Assembly: GCA_001512945.1 (NCBI GenBank)
Contig: LFTF01000018.1
Span: 1,417 to 51,251 of the forward strand
Direction: 5' to 3'
DNA: 49,835 nt
Source: Clostridiales bacterium DTU023
GTDB lineage: Bacteria > Bacillota > Clostridia > Saccharofermentanales > DTU023
Made by a program: the position numbers and the translations under genes. Positions 1 to 9,782 of this stretch are shown piece after piece. Position 1 is the first letter of the stretch; every line of letters begins with the position of its first letter. The notes beneath the pieces are model-generated. The model was not told the origin of the DNA, did not search any database, and saw only the letters and a list, made by a program, of their open reading frames with translations.

Positions 1-1319
1 ATTTTGACCGAAGCGTCAATCGCTTTTGAGCTCTCGACAATGCCCAGATCAAGTTTTTCGGAATATAGTTTGAGCTGTTCCGACATGCGATTAATGTGGA
101 ATGCGAGGTTTGTCTCTTCACCAGCATAAAGTGCTGTCATCTTATCGGTACTGGCACCGATTATTTCGAGGTTGTCACTGATCGACGCCATCTCGTCGGC
201 AATATCATTTTTTGCAAGCGCCATCAGACGAAGAGTTTCCTGGACGTCGAGATTAATCTGTTTGCTCTCTGCACGAGACTGCTCCATAGAGACCTTCGCC
301 TCTTCCATCATATCGGCGCTATGCTCAGCAACCCGATGAAGTATCTCGAGCTTATCTGGTAATGAAGCAAGATGAACCGACAGCGCATGAGCAACAGAAC
401 CGGAGAATATGTCTGCCAGTTCTTCCATTCCCTTTTCCTGCTTTTCCGCCAACGAGACGGCGAGTCCGGTCAGGGCATGATTTGCTTCCTGCAAAGGCGG
501 CGCAATCTCTTCACTCATGATCTCCCGCACACTCGTCTTGATGCCTTCCGCAAATTCACCAGTCGCAAGTTCCTCGGCCAACTTGGTAAATGCATTGACC
601 TCTTGGCGCATCTTCTCCCCATAGCTAATGATCTCGCTCACTAGAACGGCAACTCCGATTTGGTCGCGGAACACAGGCGCAAATAATGACAATGCCGTAA
701 TCAGCTCGTTCTCAGCATCTTCAATAGAATTGACAGCCTTTTTCTCATGCCATAAAAGAAAAAGGGAACAGGCAATGCCGAAGGCAAGAGGTGGCAAGAT
801 AATGATTAAGACATTGACGGGAATAGTCATCAGTATCTGCAAAGTTACAAGTAGAACCGCTCCCAAAGAACCGATCGCAAAACATATCCATGCGAAAAAC
901 CTGGAGCCAGCTTTGACCCCTGTTGTCCGAAAGAGACCGAGTGATGCAAGAATAGGCACCGGTTCCGGCAACAAACGCCCCTCGCAATACATGTGAGCTG
1001 ATTTTGAGAGTCGGTCGGCAAACACCTTCAATTGTTCTTCATCTGACGAATCAAACGCACGCACAAGCGAATCAGCGGGGAGCATGTCGTCTGTTTGCGC
1101 CTGTGAAAGCATAGTGACCGCATCATCTGCGAGTCGCAGTGATAGCGTAACAAACTTACGATTTTTAATCACACCGGCTATCATGAACGCAAGAATTGCG
1201 ATCACAAGCAATATGACCCCCACAAGCAGCACTATTTCCGATGACAGCCCCGCTGAGCCAGCACTGGAAAGCGGAGCAAGTAAAAACCGAAACGCACCAC
1301 ACGTTAAAATAAAATCCAT
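1..1319 (-). CDS. Hypothetical membrane protein with long helical tail; N-terminal 439 codons only (3' end beyond left edge)
   Basis: Absent from the supplied ORF track because it is edge-truncated. Manual minus-strand translation from ATG 1319 (GAGG 7 nt upstream, 11 nt after the ddl stop) is stop-free down to base 3: MDFILTCGAFRFLLAPLSS... It has three hydrophobic segments (EIVLLVGVILLVIAILAFMIAGVI; FFAWICFAIGSLGAVLLVTLQIL; VNVLIIILPPLAFGIACSLFLLW) followed by >230 aa of E/A/L/K-rich helical sequence. The plus-strand ORFs 96-1434 are antisense shadows of it. Confidence 0.6.
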   Translation of the reverse strand, partial: MDFILTCGAFRFLLAPLSSAGSAGLSSEIVLLVGVILLVIAILAFMIAGVIKNRKFVTLSLRLADDAVTMLSQAQTDDMLPADSLVRAFDSSDEEQLKVFADRLSKSAHMYCEGRLLPEPVPILASLGLFRTTGVKAGSRFFAWICFAIGSLGAVLLVTLQILMTIPVNVLIIILPPLAFGIACSLFLLWHEKKAVNSIEDAENELITALSLFAPVFRDQIGVAVLVSEIISYGEKMRQEVNAFTKLAEELATGEFAEGIKTSVREIMSEEIAPPLQEANHALTGLAVSLAEKQEKGMEELADIFSGSVAHALSVHLASLPDKLEILHRVAEHSADMMEEAKVSMEQSRAESKQINLDVQETLRLMALAKNDIADEMASISDNLEIIGASTDKMTALYAGEETNLAFHINRMSEQLKLYSEKLDLGIVESSKAIDASVK

Positions 1320-1330
1320 TCCAATACCTC

Positions 1331-2419
1331 TCATTCCATTCGCTGTTCGCGTTCAATTGCAAGACGCACCAATTCCTGCAGGGGCTCCTCGTCACGGTAA
1401 CCGGCTGCGCGCAACAACCTCGGATACATGCTGATACTGACAAATCCGGGAATTGTGTTGATTTCATTGAGCAGGACCTGACCATCGTCCGTAAGGAAAA
1501 AATCGATTCGCGCCATCCCATAACAGTCGAGCGCGCGCCATGCTCTGACCGCAAGATTCCGTATCGTATTATGCGTTTCCCCGTCTATTTTCGCCGGGAT
1601 AATAAGTTGCGATGTCGATTGGGCTTCATACTTAGAGTCGTAATCATAAAACTCTCGATCGGGAATGATCTCCCCGACAGGGGAAAGCAAGGGATCTCCA
1701 TACCCGCCTAAGACCGCGATTTCAAGCTCACGTCCTCGGACACCTTGTTCAATAATCGCTTTTCTGTCATGGGAAAAAGCCAACTCTAACGCCTGTGGCA
1801 AAGCCTCGCGTGACATAACTTTTGTGATTCCAAGCGATGAACCTCCGCATGCAGGTTTAACAAACAAAGGGTACGCAAGACCTTTGTCGGCTTCATTAAG
1901 AGTATGACTGACATCTTGACGCCATGACATGTTATCAACAGAGCGCCATGGTGTTCTGGGGATATTTTTTTGATCGAATATGGTATTAGCGAAGACTTTA
2001 TCCATTGCAAGCGCGCTGGCTGTCATGCCGCATCCTACAAAAGGAATTCCCGCCAACTCGAGCATACCCTGGATCGTGCCATCCTCACCGTTCGGTCCAT
2101 GAAGTACGGGGAAGACACAATCAATCTTGCAAACTTCATTCTCGCCTGCGCGTTCCACATAAAGATTGTGCTTGGATGTATCGGCGATTAAGTATGCGGG
2201 GAAAACGGGTCCTTGTTCTAACCATGTCCCATCGCGCATAGCCGCGGTATCACCCTCATATGCAAACCATCTGCCGTCTCGAGTAATGCCAACGGGTAGG
2301 ATGTGATATGTTGCCGCCCGCTCAAGCGTATCGATAATATAGGCAGCTGAAGCCTCTGAAACTTCATGTTCGCCGGACCTGCCGCCAAAAAGAATCACAA
2401 GATTCAGTTTAGCTGACAT
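1331..2419 (-). CDS. ddl: D-alanine--D-alanine ligase
   Basis: ORF 1331-2485. I place the start at ATG 2419 (MSAKLNLVILFGGRSGEHEVS, GGAGG 5 nt upstream). Typical Ddl N-terminus FGG.S.EHEVS and ATP-grasp C-terminus (LNEINTIPG). Confidence 0.93.
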   Translation of the reverse strand: MSAKLNLVILFGGRSGEHEVSEASAAYIIDTLERAATYHILPVGITRDGRWFAYEGDTAAMRDGTWLEQGPVFPAYLIADTSKHNLYVERAGENEVCKIDCVFPVLHGPNGEDGTIQGMLELAGIPFVGCGMTASALAMDKVFANTIFDQKNIPRTPWRSVDNMSWRQDVSHTLNEADKGLAYPLFVKPACGGSSLGITKVMSREALPQALELAFSHDRKAIIEQGVRGRELEIAVLGGYGDPLLSPVGEIIPDREFYDYDSKYEAQSTSQLIIPAKIDGETHNTIRNLAVRAWRALDCYGMARIDFFLTDDGQVLLNEINTIPGFVSISMYPRLLRAAGYRDEEPLQELVRLAIEREQRME

Positions 2420-2942
2420 CCGATCCTCCCAAGTTCTTTTTATTGCGCGTAATATTGACGAGAATATCCGTGAGATGATCTTCAAGATTGCTTAATACTT
2501 CATGTGTGTACTGAATCGAACTAGTACGGATCTCATTGCTTTGCCGAGTTGCCTCATCAAGCATTGCAGACGCGTTATTGATCGCCTGTTGTGTTACTTC
2601 GTGCTCGTCGATCATCCGCGCCATTTGTACTTCTGCGTCACGCATAATGGTATCCGCCTCACGGCGTGCTTGGTTGATCAATTGACGATTCTGTTGCAAT
2701 ACCCATTGAGCCCGTTCGAGTTCTTCGGGTAGCCCTTCACGGATCATGCGCACAAGAAACAGCATCTCTTCCCGTTCCACCATGCACTTGTCGGAAAAAG
2801 GCAAAGACTTTGCGTCCAACAATTCAGTTTCCATGCGATCAATCAATGTCGCGACGCTTCTGTCATCCCGTGGACGCGCTGATTGTAGGCGCTGGTCGTC
2901 CTTCTCTGGCGGCAGTTTGCGTTTCTCTTGATAATCACTCAT
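2409..2942 (-). CDS. Conserved coiled-coil protein of unknown function (177 aa)
   Basis: ORF 2409-3158 overlaps coaD. The internal ATG at 2942 (MSDYQEKRK...) has GGGAGGG upstream and lies just after the coaD stop. The sequence is a charged N-terminus followed by heptad-like helical sequence (READTIMRDAEVQMARMIDEHEVTQQAINN...). Function not recognisable. Confidence 0.55.
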   Translation of the reverse strand: MSDYQEKRKLPPEKDDQRLQSARPRDDRSVATLIDRMETELLDAKSLPFSDKCMVEREEMLFLVRMIREGLPEELERAQWVLQQNRQLINQARREADTIMRDAEVQMARMIDEHEVTQQAINNASAMLDEATRQSNEIRTSSIQYTHEVLSNLEDHLTDILVNITRNKKNLGGSDVS

Positions 2943-2991
2943 TTGCTTTCCCTCCCGGTTCTCCGGTTGATTACCGGTTTCGTCGAATACT

Positions 2992-3531
2992 TCATATGTC
3001 GTAACCCGCTTGCCCGGTCCTGTACGCTCGTTCCACGTCGTGCAGAATCGTTTTGGGCACCATGCCTGTAATATCCCCTCCCAGCCGTGCAATCTCTCGC
3101 ACGATCGAAGAAGACACATAACGCTGCTTGGCGATTGATGGAAGAAACACTGTTTCAATCCCGTCGCCTATGAGGCGGTTGATATCCGCCATTGTGAGTT
3201 CCTCTTCAAAGCTTGACGGGCCGTGTACCCCGCGAATAATCCATGTGATTCCATTGCGCTGACAATAATCAACAAGCAGACTGTCGCATTCCCTTACTTT
3301 GACCTCAGGTAAATGACACAGCGCCGTCCGGACCAATTCGGTTCGTTTCGCTCTGCTCATCACAGGTGTTTTCCGGCTATTGTCGAAGACGGCCACATGC
3401 AGTTCATCGCACAAGAAAAGAGCGCGTTCCACAATCGAAATATGTCCGTTTGTAAACGGATCGAAGGTACCCGGGAAAACCATCAGATGTTTCCCGTTTA
3501 CATGATCTTTTTTGGCCATCAGTACACTCAT
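2992..3531 (-). CDS. coaD: Phosphopantetheine adenylyltransferase
   Basis: VFPGTFDPFTNGH (nucleotidyltransferase T/HxGH motif) and overall CoaD length. The exact start is ambiguous (ATG 3531, 3519 or 3483) and none has a good SD. Confidence 0.88.
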   Translation of the reverse strand: MSVLMAKKDHVNGKHLMVFPGTFDPFTNGHISIVERALFLCDELHVAVFDNSRKTPVMSRAKRTELVRTALCHLPEVKVRECDSLLVDYCQRNGITWIIRGVHGPSSFEEELTMADINRLIGDGIETVFLPSIAKQRYVSSSIVREIARLGGDITGMVPKTILHDVERAYRTGQAGYDI

Positions 3532-3539
3532 TCTACATT

Positions 3540-4118
3540 TTATTGCGATTCTTCAGAACCCAAATTATGTTGATAAAAGGATATCACGCTGGTGCCATAC
3601 TGACAACTGCGCATCTGTATGAGCATGGGTGCAAACCAAGTCTCTGATCGCTCACGTCCTTCACTTTCGACAATAAGAACACCCGATTCGCAAACAAGTT
3701 CGGGCAAAATATTTTCGAGCTCATAGATTACTTTTTCGGAGATCTGCCAGGGCGGGTCAAGATAGATGAAGTCAAAGCGCTCTCCTATTCGAATCAAATA
3801 CTCGAGCTGGTGCCGGTAATCTCCCGCAAGAACGCGCACACCCGTGTCGAGCCGTGTTTTATTTATGTTTTTTTTGATCGCAATAAGCGCGGCGCGATCG
3901 CGTTCAATCATGACGGCTTCCGCCGCCCCACGCGAGAGCGCTTCCAACGCAATCTGTCCTGAGCCCGCAAATACATCGAGCACACGAGCTCCTTCAATTT
4001 TTGTGCCGATAATAGAAAATAATGCTTGTTTTGCCCTGCCCGACGTCGGACGGCAAACCGTTCCGGGAGGCACTTCCAGCTTGATCCCTTTGGCTTTCCC
4101 TGTAACAATCCTTGGCAT
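3540..4118 (-). CDS. rsmD: 16S rRNA (guanine966-N2)-methyltransferase RsmD-type
   Basis: SAM-binding VLDVFAGSGQIALEALSRGA and the catalytic-type motif YLDPPW. The conserved rsmD-coaD pairing is present. Confidence 0.85.
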   Translation of the reverse strand: MPRIVTGKAKGIKLEVPPGTVCRPTSGRAKQALFSIIGTKIEGARVLDVFAGSGQIALEALSRGAAEAVMIERDRAALIAIKKNINKTRLDTGVRVLAGDYRHQLEYLIRIGERFDFIYLDPPWQISEKVIYELENILPELVCESGVLIVESEGRERSETWFAPMLIQMRSCQYGTSVISFYQHNLGSEESQ

Positions 4119-4130
4119 CTTCTATTTCCT

Positions 4131-6296
4131 TTACAGACCGGGACGCGAGAGGCGAGCGCCGTAACGCGCGCGGAATTCACGCATTATGACTTGATTTTCA
4201 GGTTTCACAAGCCCGGGATCCTGCCGGAATACAAGTTCCGCCGCCTCAGCTGCTTCCCGAAGTAATCCGCCGTCTTCATAAAGGTTTGCCACTTTAAAAT
4301 CAGGCAGTCCGTGTTGTTGAACACCAAAGAAATCACCTGGCCCTCGAAGGCGCAGATCCTCTTCCGCAATGGCAAACCCGCTATTATTTTTGCATAAAAC
4401 AGTGAGTCGCTTCTTAATCATAGGATCTTGACTGTCACTGACAAGAACGCAATACGATTGATGAGAGGCGCGTCCGACACGTCCTCTTAACTGATGAAGC
4501 TGGGACAGGCCGAATCGCTCCGCGTTCTCAACAACGAGCAGCGTCGCATCGGGCTGATCGATGCCGACTTCAATGACAGTTGTCGAGACTAGAATATCAA
4601 TCTCGCCTTTCCCAAATGCGTCCATGATCGCAAGCTTGTCTTTGCTCTTTAACCGACCGTGAATCAGGGCAACACGATAGTCAGGAAAAATTTGGTCTGA
4701 AAGCCGTTGAAACGTTGACTCCGCCGAATTGAGTTCAAGTGTGTCTGAATCTTCGATCATGGGACACACGACATAGACTTTATGTCCCTCTTCCACCTGT
4801 CGTCTGATTATCCCGTCGACGCGCGATCGATCTCTTTCGGTTGCCGTATAAGTTTTGATAGGTCGACGTCCTTTTGGCATGTCTTTCATTTCCGAGATAT
4901 CAAGGTCACCATACAGAATCATGGCCAGTGTTCTGGGAATCGGCGTCGCTGACATGACGAGCACATGCGGGATAATGTCCCCGCTCCCGGTAAGTGTCAC
5001 TCGTTGTCTCACCCCGAATCGATGCTGCTCATCTGTCACACAGCAACCAAGATTCGAGAAAACGACATCCTCTTCGAGGACGGCATGTGTACCAATCAGA
5101 ATATCGATCGATCCTTTGGTGAGTTTTTCAAGCAAAATACGTCTCTGAGCCGCAGTTGTCGCTCCTGTGAGGAGCGCGATCTCAAGACCGCTTCCGTCCA
5201 AAAGCCCCGCAATACTTTTGGCATGTTGGCCCGCCAGAATCGTAGTGGGAGTCATTAGAACACATTGGTATCCTTCCCAACAGGCGACCGCCATGGCCGC
5301 CACCGCGACCACTGTTTTGCCCGAACCGACATCGCCTTGCACAAGACGATTACCCGGTATCGAGCGGCGAAAATCGCTCACAATCAGATCCAGTGTTTTT
5401 TGCTGTGAAGGCGTCAGTTCAAAGGGGAGTCGTTTGATCAACTGTTGCAATCGATCCATTACTCCCGTTCCAAGATTCATGGCGGGGCCTTTTTCATTTT
5501 CACGGCCAACCTTTAAGGCACGCAGTCCGGCGACCACCAAAAATAATTCTTCAAATGCAAGTCTGCGACGCGCGATATCGACCTCATGCTCGCTTGAGGG
5601 GTAGTGGATCCTGCGAAGCGCGTAATCAGCCGTAGCCAGCCTGGCCGTTACACGCACCTCGTGCGGAAGGCTCTCCTCTATAAAGAAGTTACGATGCTTG
5701 AGGGCGGAGGTCACAGCATGCCTTATATTGCCTTGATAGAGACCGGCGGTCAACGGATAAATCGGGAAAAAATCAGAGGATTCGGCCGCTACTTCCAGGG
5801 TCCGAAAATCGGGATTACTAACCGATCGTTGTCTGCCTCCATCCTCGATCTTGCCTCGAAAAATATATCGTTCTCCACGCCGGAGCTGTTCGGCAATCCA
5901 CGGCTGGTTAAACCAGATGGCGTTAACTGACCCAGTGTCGTCTGAAAGTCTGGCGCGCAAATAACTGAGTTTACCTCGCCGGTTCATGGAGGGTACATTG
6001 TCGATCATCGCCTCGAAAACTGACGTTTGACCTTCTTTGAGCTGTGCTACCGGCACACGCTCTTGCCAGTTTTCATATGCACGAGGCATAAGCCATAAAA
6101 GATCGCCAATCGTGGCGACACCAAGTTTCGCAAATAACTTCTGCCGTTTATCCGATATCCCGGGGAGGATGCTTACTTGCTGTTCCAGCCAACTTGTATC
6201 AGCAGTCTCAGACACAGTCACCCTCCACCCCCGCTGAAGGATCGAGACTCTTGCCGTATCGGCAAAGTCCGCGCACCGGACAAGCAAAACAGTCAC
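4131..6296 (-). CDS. recG: ATP-dependent DNA helicase RecG
   Basis: Walker A GDVGSGKT, DEQHRFG box, and QLRGRVGR motif VI. The ATG at 6296 overlaps nth by 89 nt. An in-frame GTG at 6215, preceded by GGAGGG, would overlap nth by only 8 nt and is the more likely start. Confidence 0.92.
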   Translation of the reverse strand: MTVLLVRCADFADTARVSILQRGWRVTVSETADTSWLEQQVSILPGISDKRQKLFAKLGVATIGDLLWLMPRAYENWQERVPVAQLKEGQTSVFEAMIDNVPSMNRRGKLSYLRARLSDDTGSVNAIWFNQPWIAEQLRRGERYIFRGKIEDGGRQRSVSNPDFRTLEVAAESSDFFPIYPLTAGLYQGNIRHAVTSALKHRNFFIEESLPHEVRVTARLATADYALRRIHYPSSEHEVDIARRRLAFEELFLVVAGLRALKVGRENEKGPAMNLGTGVMDRLQQLIKRLPFELTPSQQKTLDLIVSDFRRSIPGNRLVQGDVGSGKTVVAVAAMAVACWEGYQCVLMTPTTILAGQHAKSIAGLLDGSGLEIALLTGATTAAQRRILLEKLTKGSIDILIGTHAVLEEDVVFSNLGCCVTDEQHRFGVRQRVTLTGSGDIIPHVLVMSATPIPRTLAMILYGDLDISEMKDMPKGRRPIKTYTATERDRSRVDGIIRRQVEEGHKVYVVCPMIEDSDTLELNSAESTFQRLSDQIFPDYRVALIHGRLKSKDKLAIMDAFGKGEIDILVSTTVIEVGIDQPDATLLVVENAERFGLSQLHQLRGRVGRASHQSYCVLVSDSQDPMIKKRLTVLCKNNSGFAIAEEDLRLRGPGDFFGVQQHGLPDFKVANLYEDGGLLREAAEAAELVFRQDPGLVKPENQVIMREFRARYGARLSRPGL

Positions 6297-6912
6297 GGCA
6301 ACGCGCTTTACAGATTATCCGTCCATGCGCGACTAGCAGATGCCCCCATAGCGTCCACGAATCATGCGGCAGGACTTCCATAAGGTCCCGTTCGATACGC
6401 AACGGGTTCTCACTGTCAGTAAACCCAAGTAGCTTGCTGATGCGACCGCAATGGGTGTCAACGACTATGGCCTGTTCGCCAAAGACATCTCCTAAAATCA
6501 GATTGGTGATCTTTCGTCCGACGCCGGGAAGCTCGATCAGATCCTCAGCTGATGACGGTACCTGACCATCAAACTGTTCAAGCAAAATGGTTGCAGTTCC
6601 TTTGAGTGCTTTTCCCTTCATACGAAAAAACCCGCAGCTTCGAATGATCTTTTCAATCTCTGACCGCTCCGCGGATGCCATGCTCTCTATATCAGGATAT
6701 CTTGAAAACAGGTGAGGCGTAATCTTGTTCACGCGTGCATCCGTGCATTGAGACGCGAGGATAGCGCCCACGAGAAGTTCCCACGGTGAACCGTGGTCTA
6801 ACGTGCAAACCGCTTCGGGGTAGTGAAAAGAAAGGTGATCAACAATGGTGCGTGCCCGCGCCTGTTCTTCGTGATCCTCTTGTGTGCTGCCAGGTCCGTT
6901 TTTCACGCTCAT
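6208..6912 (-). CDS. nth: Endonuclease III
   Basis: Helix-hairpin-helix LPGVGRKITNLIL and C-terminal 4Fe-4S ligand spacing C-x6-C-x2-C-x5-C (CKARCRDCFACPVRGLC). Confidence 0.9.
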   Translation of the reverse strand: MSVKNGPGSTQEDHEEQARARTIVDHLSFHYPEAVCTLDHGSPWELLVGAILASQCTDARVNKITPHLFSRYPDIESMASAERSEIEKIIRSCGFFRMKGKALKGTATILLEQFDGQVPSSAEDLIELPGVGRKITNLILGDVFGEQAIVVDTHCGRISKLLGFTDSENPLRIERDLMEVLPHDSWTLWGHLLVAHGRIICKARCRDCFACPVRGLCRYGKSLDPSAGVEGDCV

Positions 6913-8144
6913 GGCTTCTCCTCAAGGAGATAGCATGTTTTTAGCATGGTCCGGTTATCGCCAGGTCTATAGATCGACATCTCGACGAGCGTGCCAACAG
7001 CCTGTCCATCCATAAACAACAGCAGATCTTTCACCGATTCCATCGGTTGTCCATTGATACTGAGAAGAATATCTCCCTCATTGAGGCCGGCCGTATAGGC
7101 AGCACTTTCCGATTTGACAAGATTGATATAAAGCCCGACCGGATTGCCATACATCTCGCGAAAGATTTCTGTATCCTCATCTCCCAAAATGGTGATGCCA
7201 AGCCCCGCTCTCTTCCTGGGAGCGTCCTCAGATTGCGACATGATCCGGTCGATGACGTCCAGAACAATGGGAGATGGAATTGCAAATCCCTGAGACTGAA
7301 TATAAATACGTTTGAGGTGACCGCTGGTAATCGCGACGACTTCCCCCTCTTCATTTACGAGAGGACTGCCCGCGTAAACAGGAATACTAGGGATTGTCGT
7401 CTCAATGAGACCCACAGGCGAACCATCCTCTTCGTATGTAATGCGGTAAAGCGACGTAACAAAACCTGCCGTCAGTCCTCCCTCCTTTACCATCAAGGGG
7501 GGATATCCGACGCAGTACACAGGAGTACCTACAGATAGCAAAGGATCTTTTGCCAAAATCAAGGCCGGAAAAACAATATCTTCTGTGTCCTGGATTTTTA
7601 AAAGCGCAAGGTCAGTCGTCTTCTGATAACCTGCTATTGTAGCTGTCAGCGCTTGTGTCATCCCCTTGACGTATATGCGAATGGAAGCATTGCTGAGCAG
7701 AACGCCGCGATAATCAAGCGCACGTTCAAGCAGACTGTATGTTGTGATTACAAATCCTGATTCGTCGACGATAAGTCCGGAAAATATTTCTTCTCGTTTT
7801 GAATAAAGAGATGACGCGGGAATTGAAACGTGCACCGATACGACGGATGGCGCAATTTTTTGGTAGACATCCGCAGGCAGAAGACCACACTCCGTGACAG
7901 GAGGCGTTTCATCTTCGGGATCATCCACGGTCGTGGGAGGTGTCGTCGTAGGCACTGTGGTTGTAGTCGTTGTGACAGTCGGCCGACGAGTTGTCGTCTC
8001 GACCTCAGTGGTTGCTAGAGTAGACGGACAATTGGAAACATCTGTCGTTTCCGCTCTCTGTTCATGACAGGACAGTGGAATTAACAGTGCCACAATAAGA
8101 AAAATGGCGATAAGGATGATTAATCCGCCGCGATCTTTTTTCAT
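6909..8144 (-). CDS. Membrane-anchored HtrA/DegP-like trypsin-fold protein with C-terminal PDZ domain; catalytic triad apparently degenerate
   Basis: N-terminal TM (GLIILIAIFLIVALLIPL), then a Thr/Pro-rich linker. The S1C-like core carries TDLALLKI (Asp motif kept). Where HtrA has TNNHV it reads TTYSLL, and where HtrA has GNSGGPL it reads VYAGSPL. A PDZ-like region (GLNEGDILLSINGQPM) follows. AAGGAG RBS. Confidence 0.75.
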   Translation of the reverse strand: MKKDRGGLIILIAIFLIVALLIPLSCHEQRAETTDVSNCPSTLATTEVETTTRRPTVTTTTTTVPTTTPPTTVDDPEDETPPVTECGLLPADVYQKIAPSVVSVHVSIPASSLYSKREEIFSGLIVDESGFVITTYSLLERALDYRGVLLSNASIRIYVKGMTQALTATIAGYQKTTDLALLKIQDTEDIVFPALILAKDPLLSVGTPVYCVGYPPLMVKEGGLTAGFVTSLYRITYEEDGSPVGLIETTIPSIPVYAGSPLVNEEGEVVAITSGHLKRIYIQSQGFAIPSPIVLDVIDRIMSQSEDAPRKRAGLGITILGDEDTEIFREMYGNPVGLYINLVKSESAAYTAGLNEGDILLSINGQPMESVKDLLLFMDGQAVGTLVEMSIYRPGDNRTMLKTCYLLEEKP

Positions 8145-8243
8145 ACCGTTCGCTCCTTGAATTCATTGAATACCTGTTTAGTAGTTTAGCCGTCACTTTT
8201 AACGAATCTGTGAACACTTACCGGGTTCATAAACCACAAACGC

Positions 8244-9782
8244 TTATGGCCTGGCGACTGTGAATGTGATCTTCGCGCCCCCAAGATCCGCGGAATTACC
8301 CGCTTCGATCTGCTGACCGTGCCTCTTGATCAAAGCACGCGCGATATATAGCCCGAGCCCCGAACCTTCTTCATGGCGTGACTTGTCGGCTTTGTAAAAA
8401 CGGTCAAAGATATGGGGCAGATCCTCTCGCGGGATCCCCGGTCCGTTATCTTCTACAGAGACGCTTACAACCCGCTCGCTGACAGTCGTACTGACGAGAA
8501 TAAGTCCTGATCGCGGTGTAAACCGAACTGCGTTGGCAACAATATTGTTCATTACCCGTGTAAGTTGCTCGACATCGCCGACAACGCGCACAGGCCCGAG
8601 ATGCTCTTCATCGAGACTGAGCTCCATTTGAATTCTTTTATCCGTCAGCATGGGCTCAAACGACTGATCGACCTGACAGATCAATTCGTTGATGTCAAAT
8701 GCAGTCTGCTTTAATGATGTTGAATCCATCCGGTCCGCCTGATCGAATAGAGTGTTGATCAGACTCTCGAGACGGTTGGTCTCCTTCTTTATTATCTCCA
8801 GGTAATAATCGAATTTATCAACAGGGATAGTGCCGTCCCGCATCCCCTCAATAAACCCTCCGATCGAAGTCACAGGAGTTCTAAGATCGTGAGATACATT
8901 GCCGAGAAATTCAAAATGCTGCTTCTCGCGCTCCTCGAATTTCGAAATCAGTGTATTGAACGTTCTGACAAGCCTTGTCAGATCGTCCTCCCTTACCTGT
9001 GAAACAATCTCTGCATGATCGGGGTCACCCTCTTCCAAGGTGAGTGTGCGAGCCTCACGGCCTATGCGCACGCGCGCGGACAGATCGCCCGCATAAACAG
9101 AGTTAGCCGTTCTGGCAAGCGCGGATATGGGACGGGTTATGTTGCGTGAAAGCCAAATAATGATCGTTAGTGATAGTAAGAACGCGAGCGAAAAAGAAAT
9201 GGGAACATTATTTTCAAGAAGAAATGAACTCAAACTCTCTGTACGGTGACGCTTTAACAAGATCACCTCGCCTGTGTACAGATCGCCAAGAGAACCGATC
9301 GGTGAACTGGCGACAAGCCAGACAGACGATTTTGGCAACAGATAGCCAAGACCCGTTTTATCCCCTGTATCACAATACACGGCATTGCTACTATTTCTTG
9401 CCTCGTCCGGTAACAACGGATCGTTACCTCCTATTGTGCCGCTCCGCTTGAGCTGTGCCATCGTTTCAATGGGAATACCCGTATGATAGATAATCTCGCT
9501 GTTTGCATTGACTACCCAGACAAAAGCACCTGTTGACCGCGCTGCAAAAGAAATATGACCTGTAATATCCGTGCTGGAAAAAGTTGTGTGTGCGGCGTCC
9601 ATCCTGCTCTCAGTCAAATATGAGAGTTCGACGACATTGCGACGCAGCTCCTCTTTACGCTGCTTGTTCGCGGACACACTGTAAATAGTCCCATATGTGA
9701 TCGCGAGGACAAGAAATATGGCCAGTATCGATACTGAGATCGTCAGCAGCGTGCGCGTATAGATGGAAAGTCTTTTTGTCAC
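8244..9782 (-). CDS. Sensor histidine kinase (2 TM, periplasmic/extracellular loop, HAMP, HisKA, HATPase_c)
   Basis: H-box GNVSHDLRTPVTSI, N-box NIVANAVRFT, G-boxes EDNGPGI and GSGLGL. It overlaps the upstream response regulator by 4 nt. Confidence 0.88.
   Translation of the reverse strand: MTKRLSIYTRTLLTISVSILAIFLVLAITYGTIYSVSANKQRKEELRRNVVELSYLTESRMDAAHTTFSSTDITGHISFAARSTGAFVWVVNANSEIIYHTGIPIETMAQLKRSGTIGGNDPLLPDEARNSSNAVYCDTGDKTGLGYLLPKSSVWLVASSPIGSLGDLYTGEVILLKRHRTESLSSFLLENNVPISFSLAFLLSLTIIIWLSRNITRPISALARTANSVYAGDLSARVRIGREARTLTLEEGDPDHAEIVSQVREDDLTRLVRTFNTLISKFEEREKQHFEFLGNVSHDLRTPVTSIGGFIEGMRDGTIPVDKFDYYLEIIKKETNRLESLINTLFDQADRMDSTSLKQTAFDINELICQVDQSFEPMLTDKRIQMELSLDEEHLGPVRVVGDVEQLTRVMNNIVANAVRFTPRSGLILVSTTVSERVVSVSVEDNGPGIPREDLPHIFDRFYKADKSRHEEGSGLGLYIARALIKRHGQQIEAGNSADLGGAKITFTVARP

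Noticed and set aside
96-1434. Four consecutive plus-strand ORFs (96-362, 372-644, 628-996, 1084-1434) and the minus ORFs 745-987 and 1165-1554
   Set aside because: They tile the antisense strand or an alternative frame of a 439-codon uninterrupted minus-strand ORF (and the ddl 3' end). They have no RBS and unprotein-like composition, so they are shadow ORFs.
7925-8010. Low-complexity DNA (repeated ACN/CCN complement) that looked like a short tandem repeat
   Set aside because: It is in frame within the HtrA-like gene and encodes its Thr/Pro-rich linker, so it is not a non-coding repeat or a CRISPR-like array.
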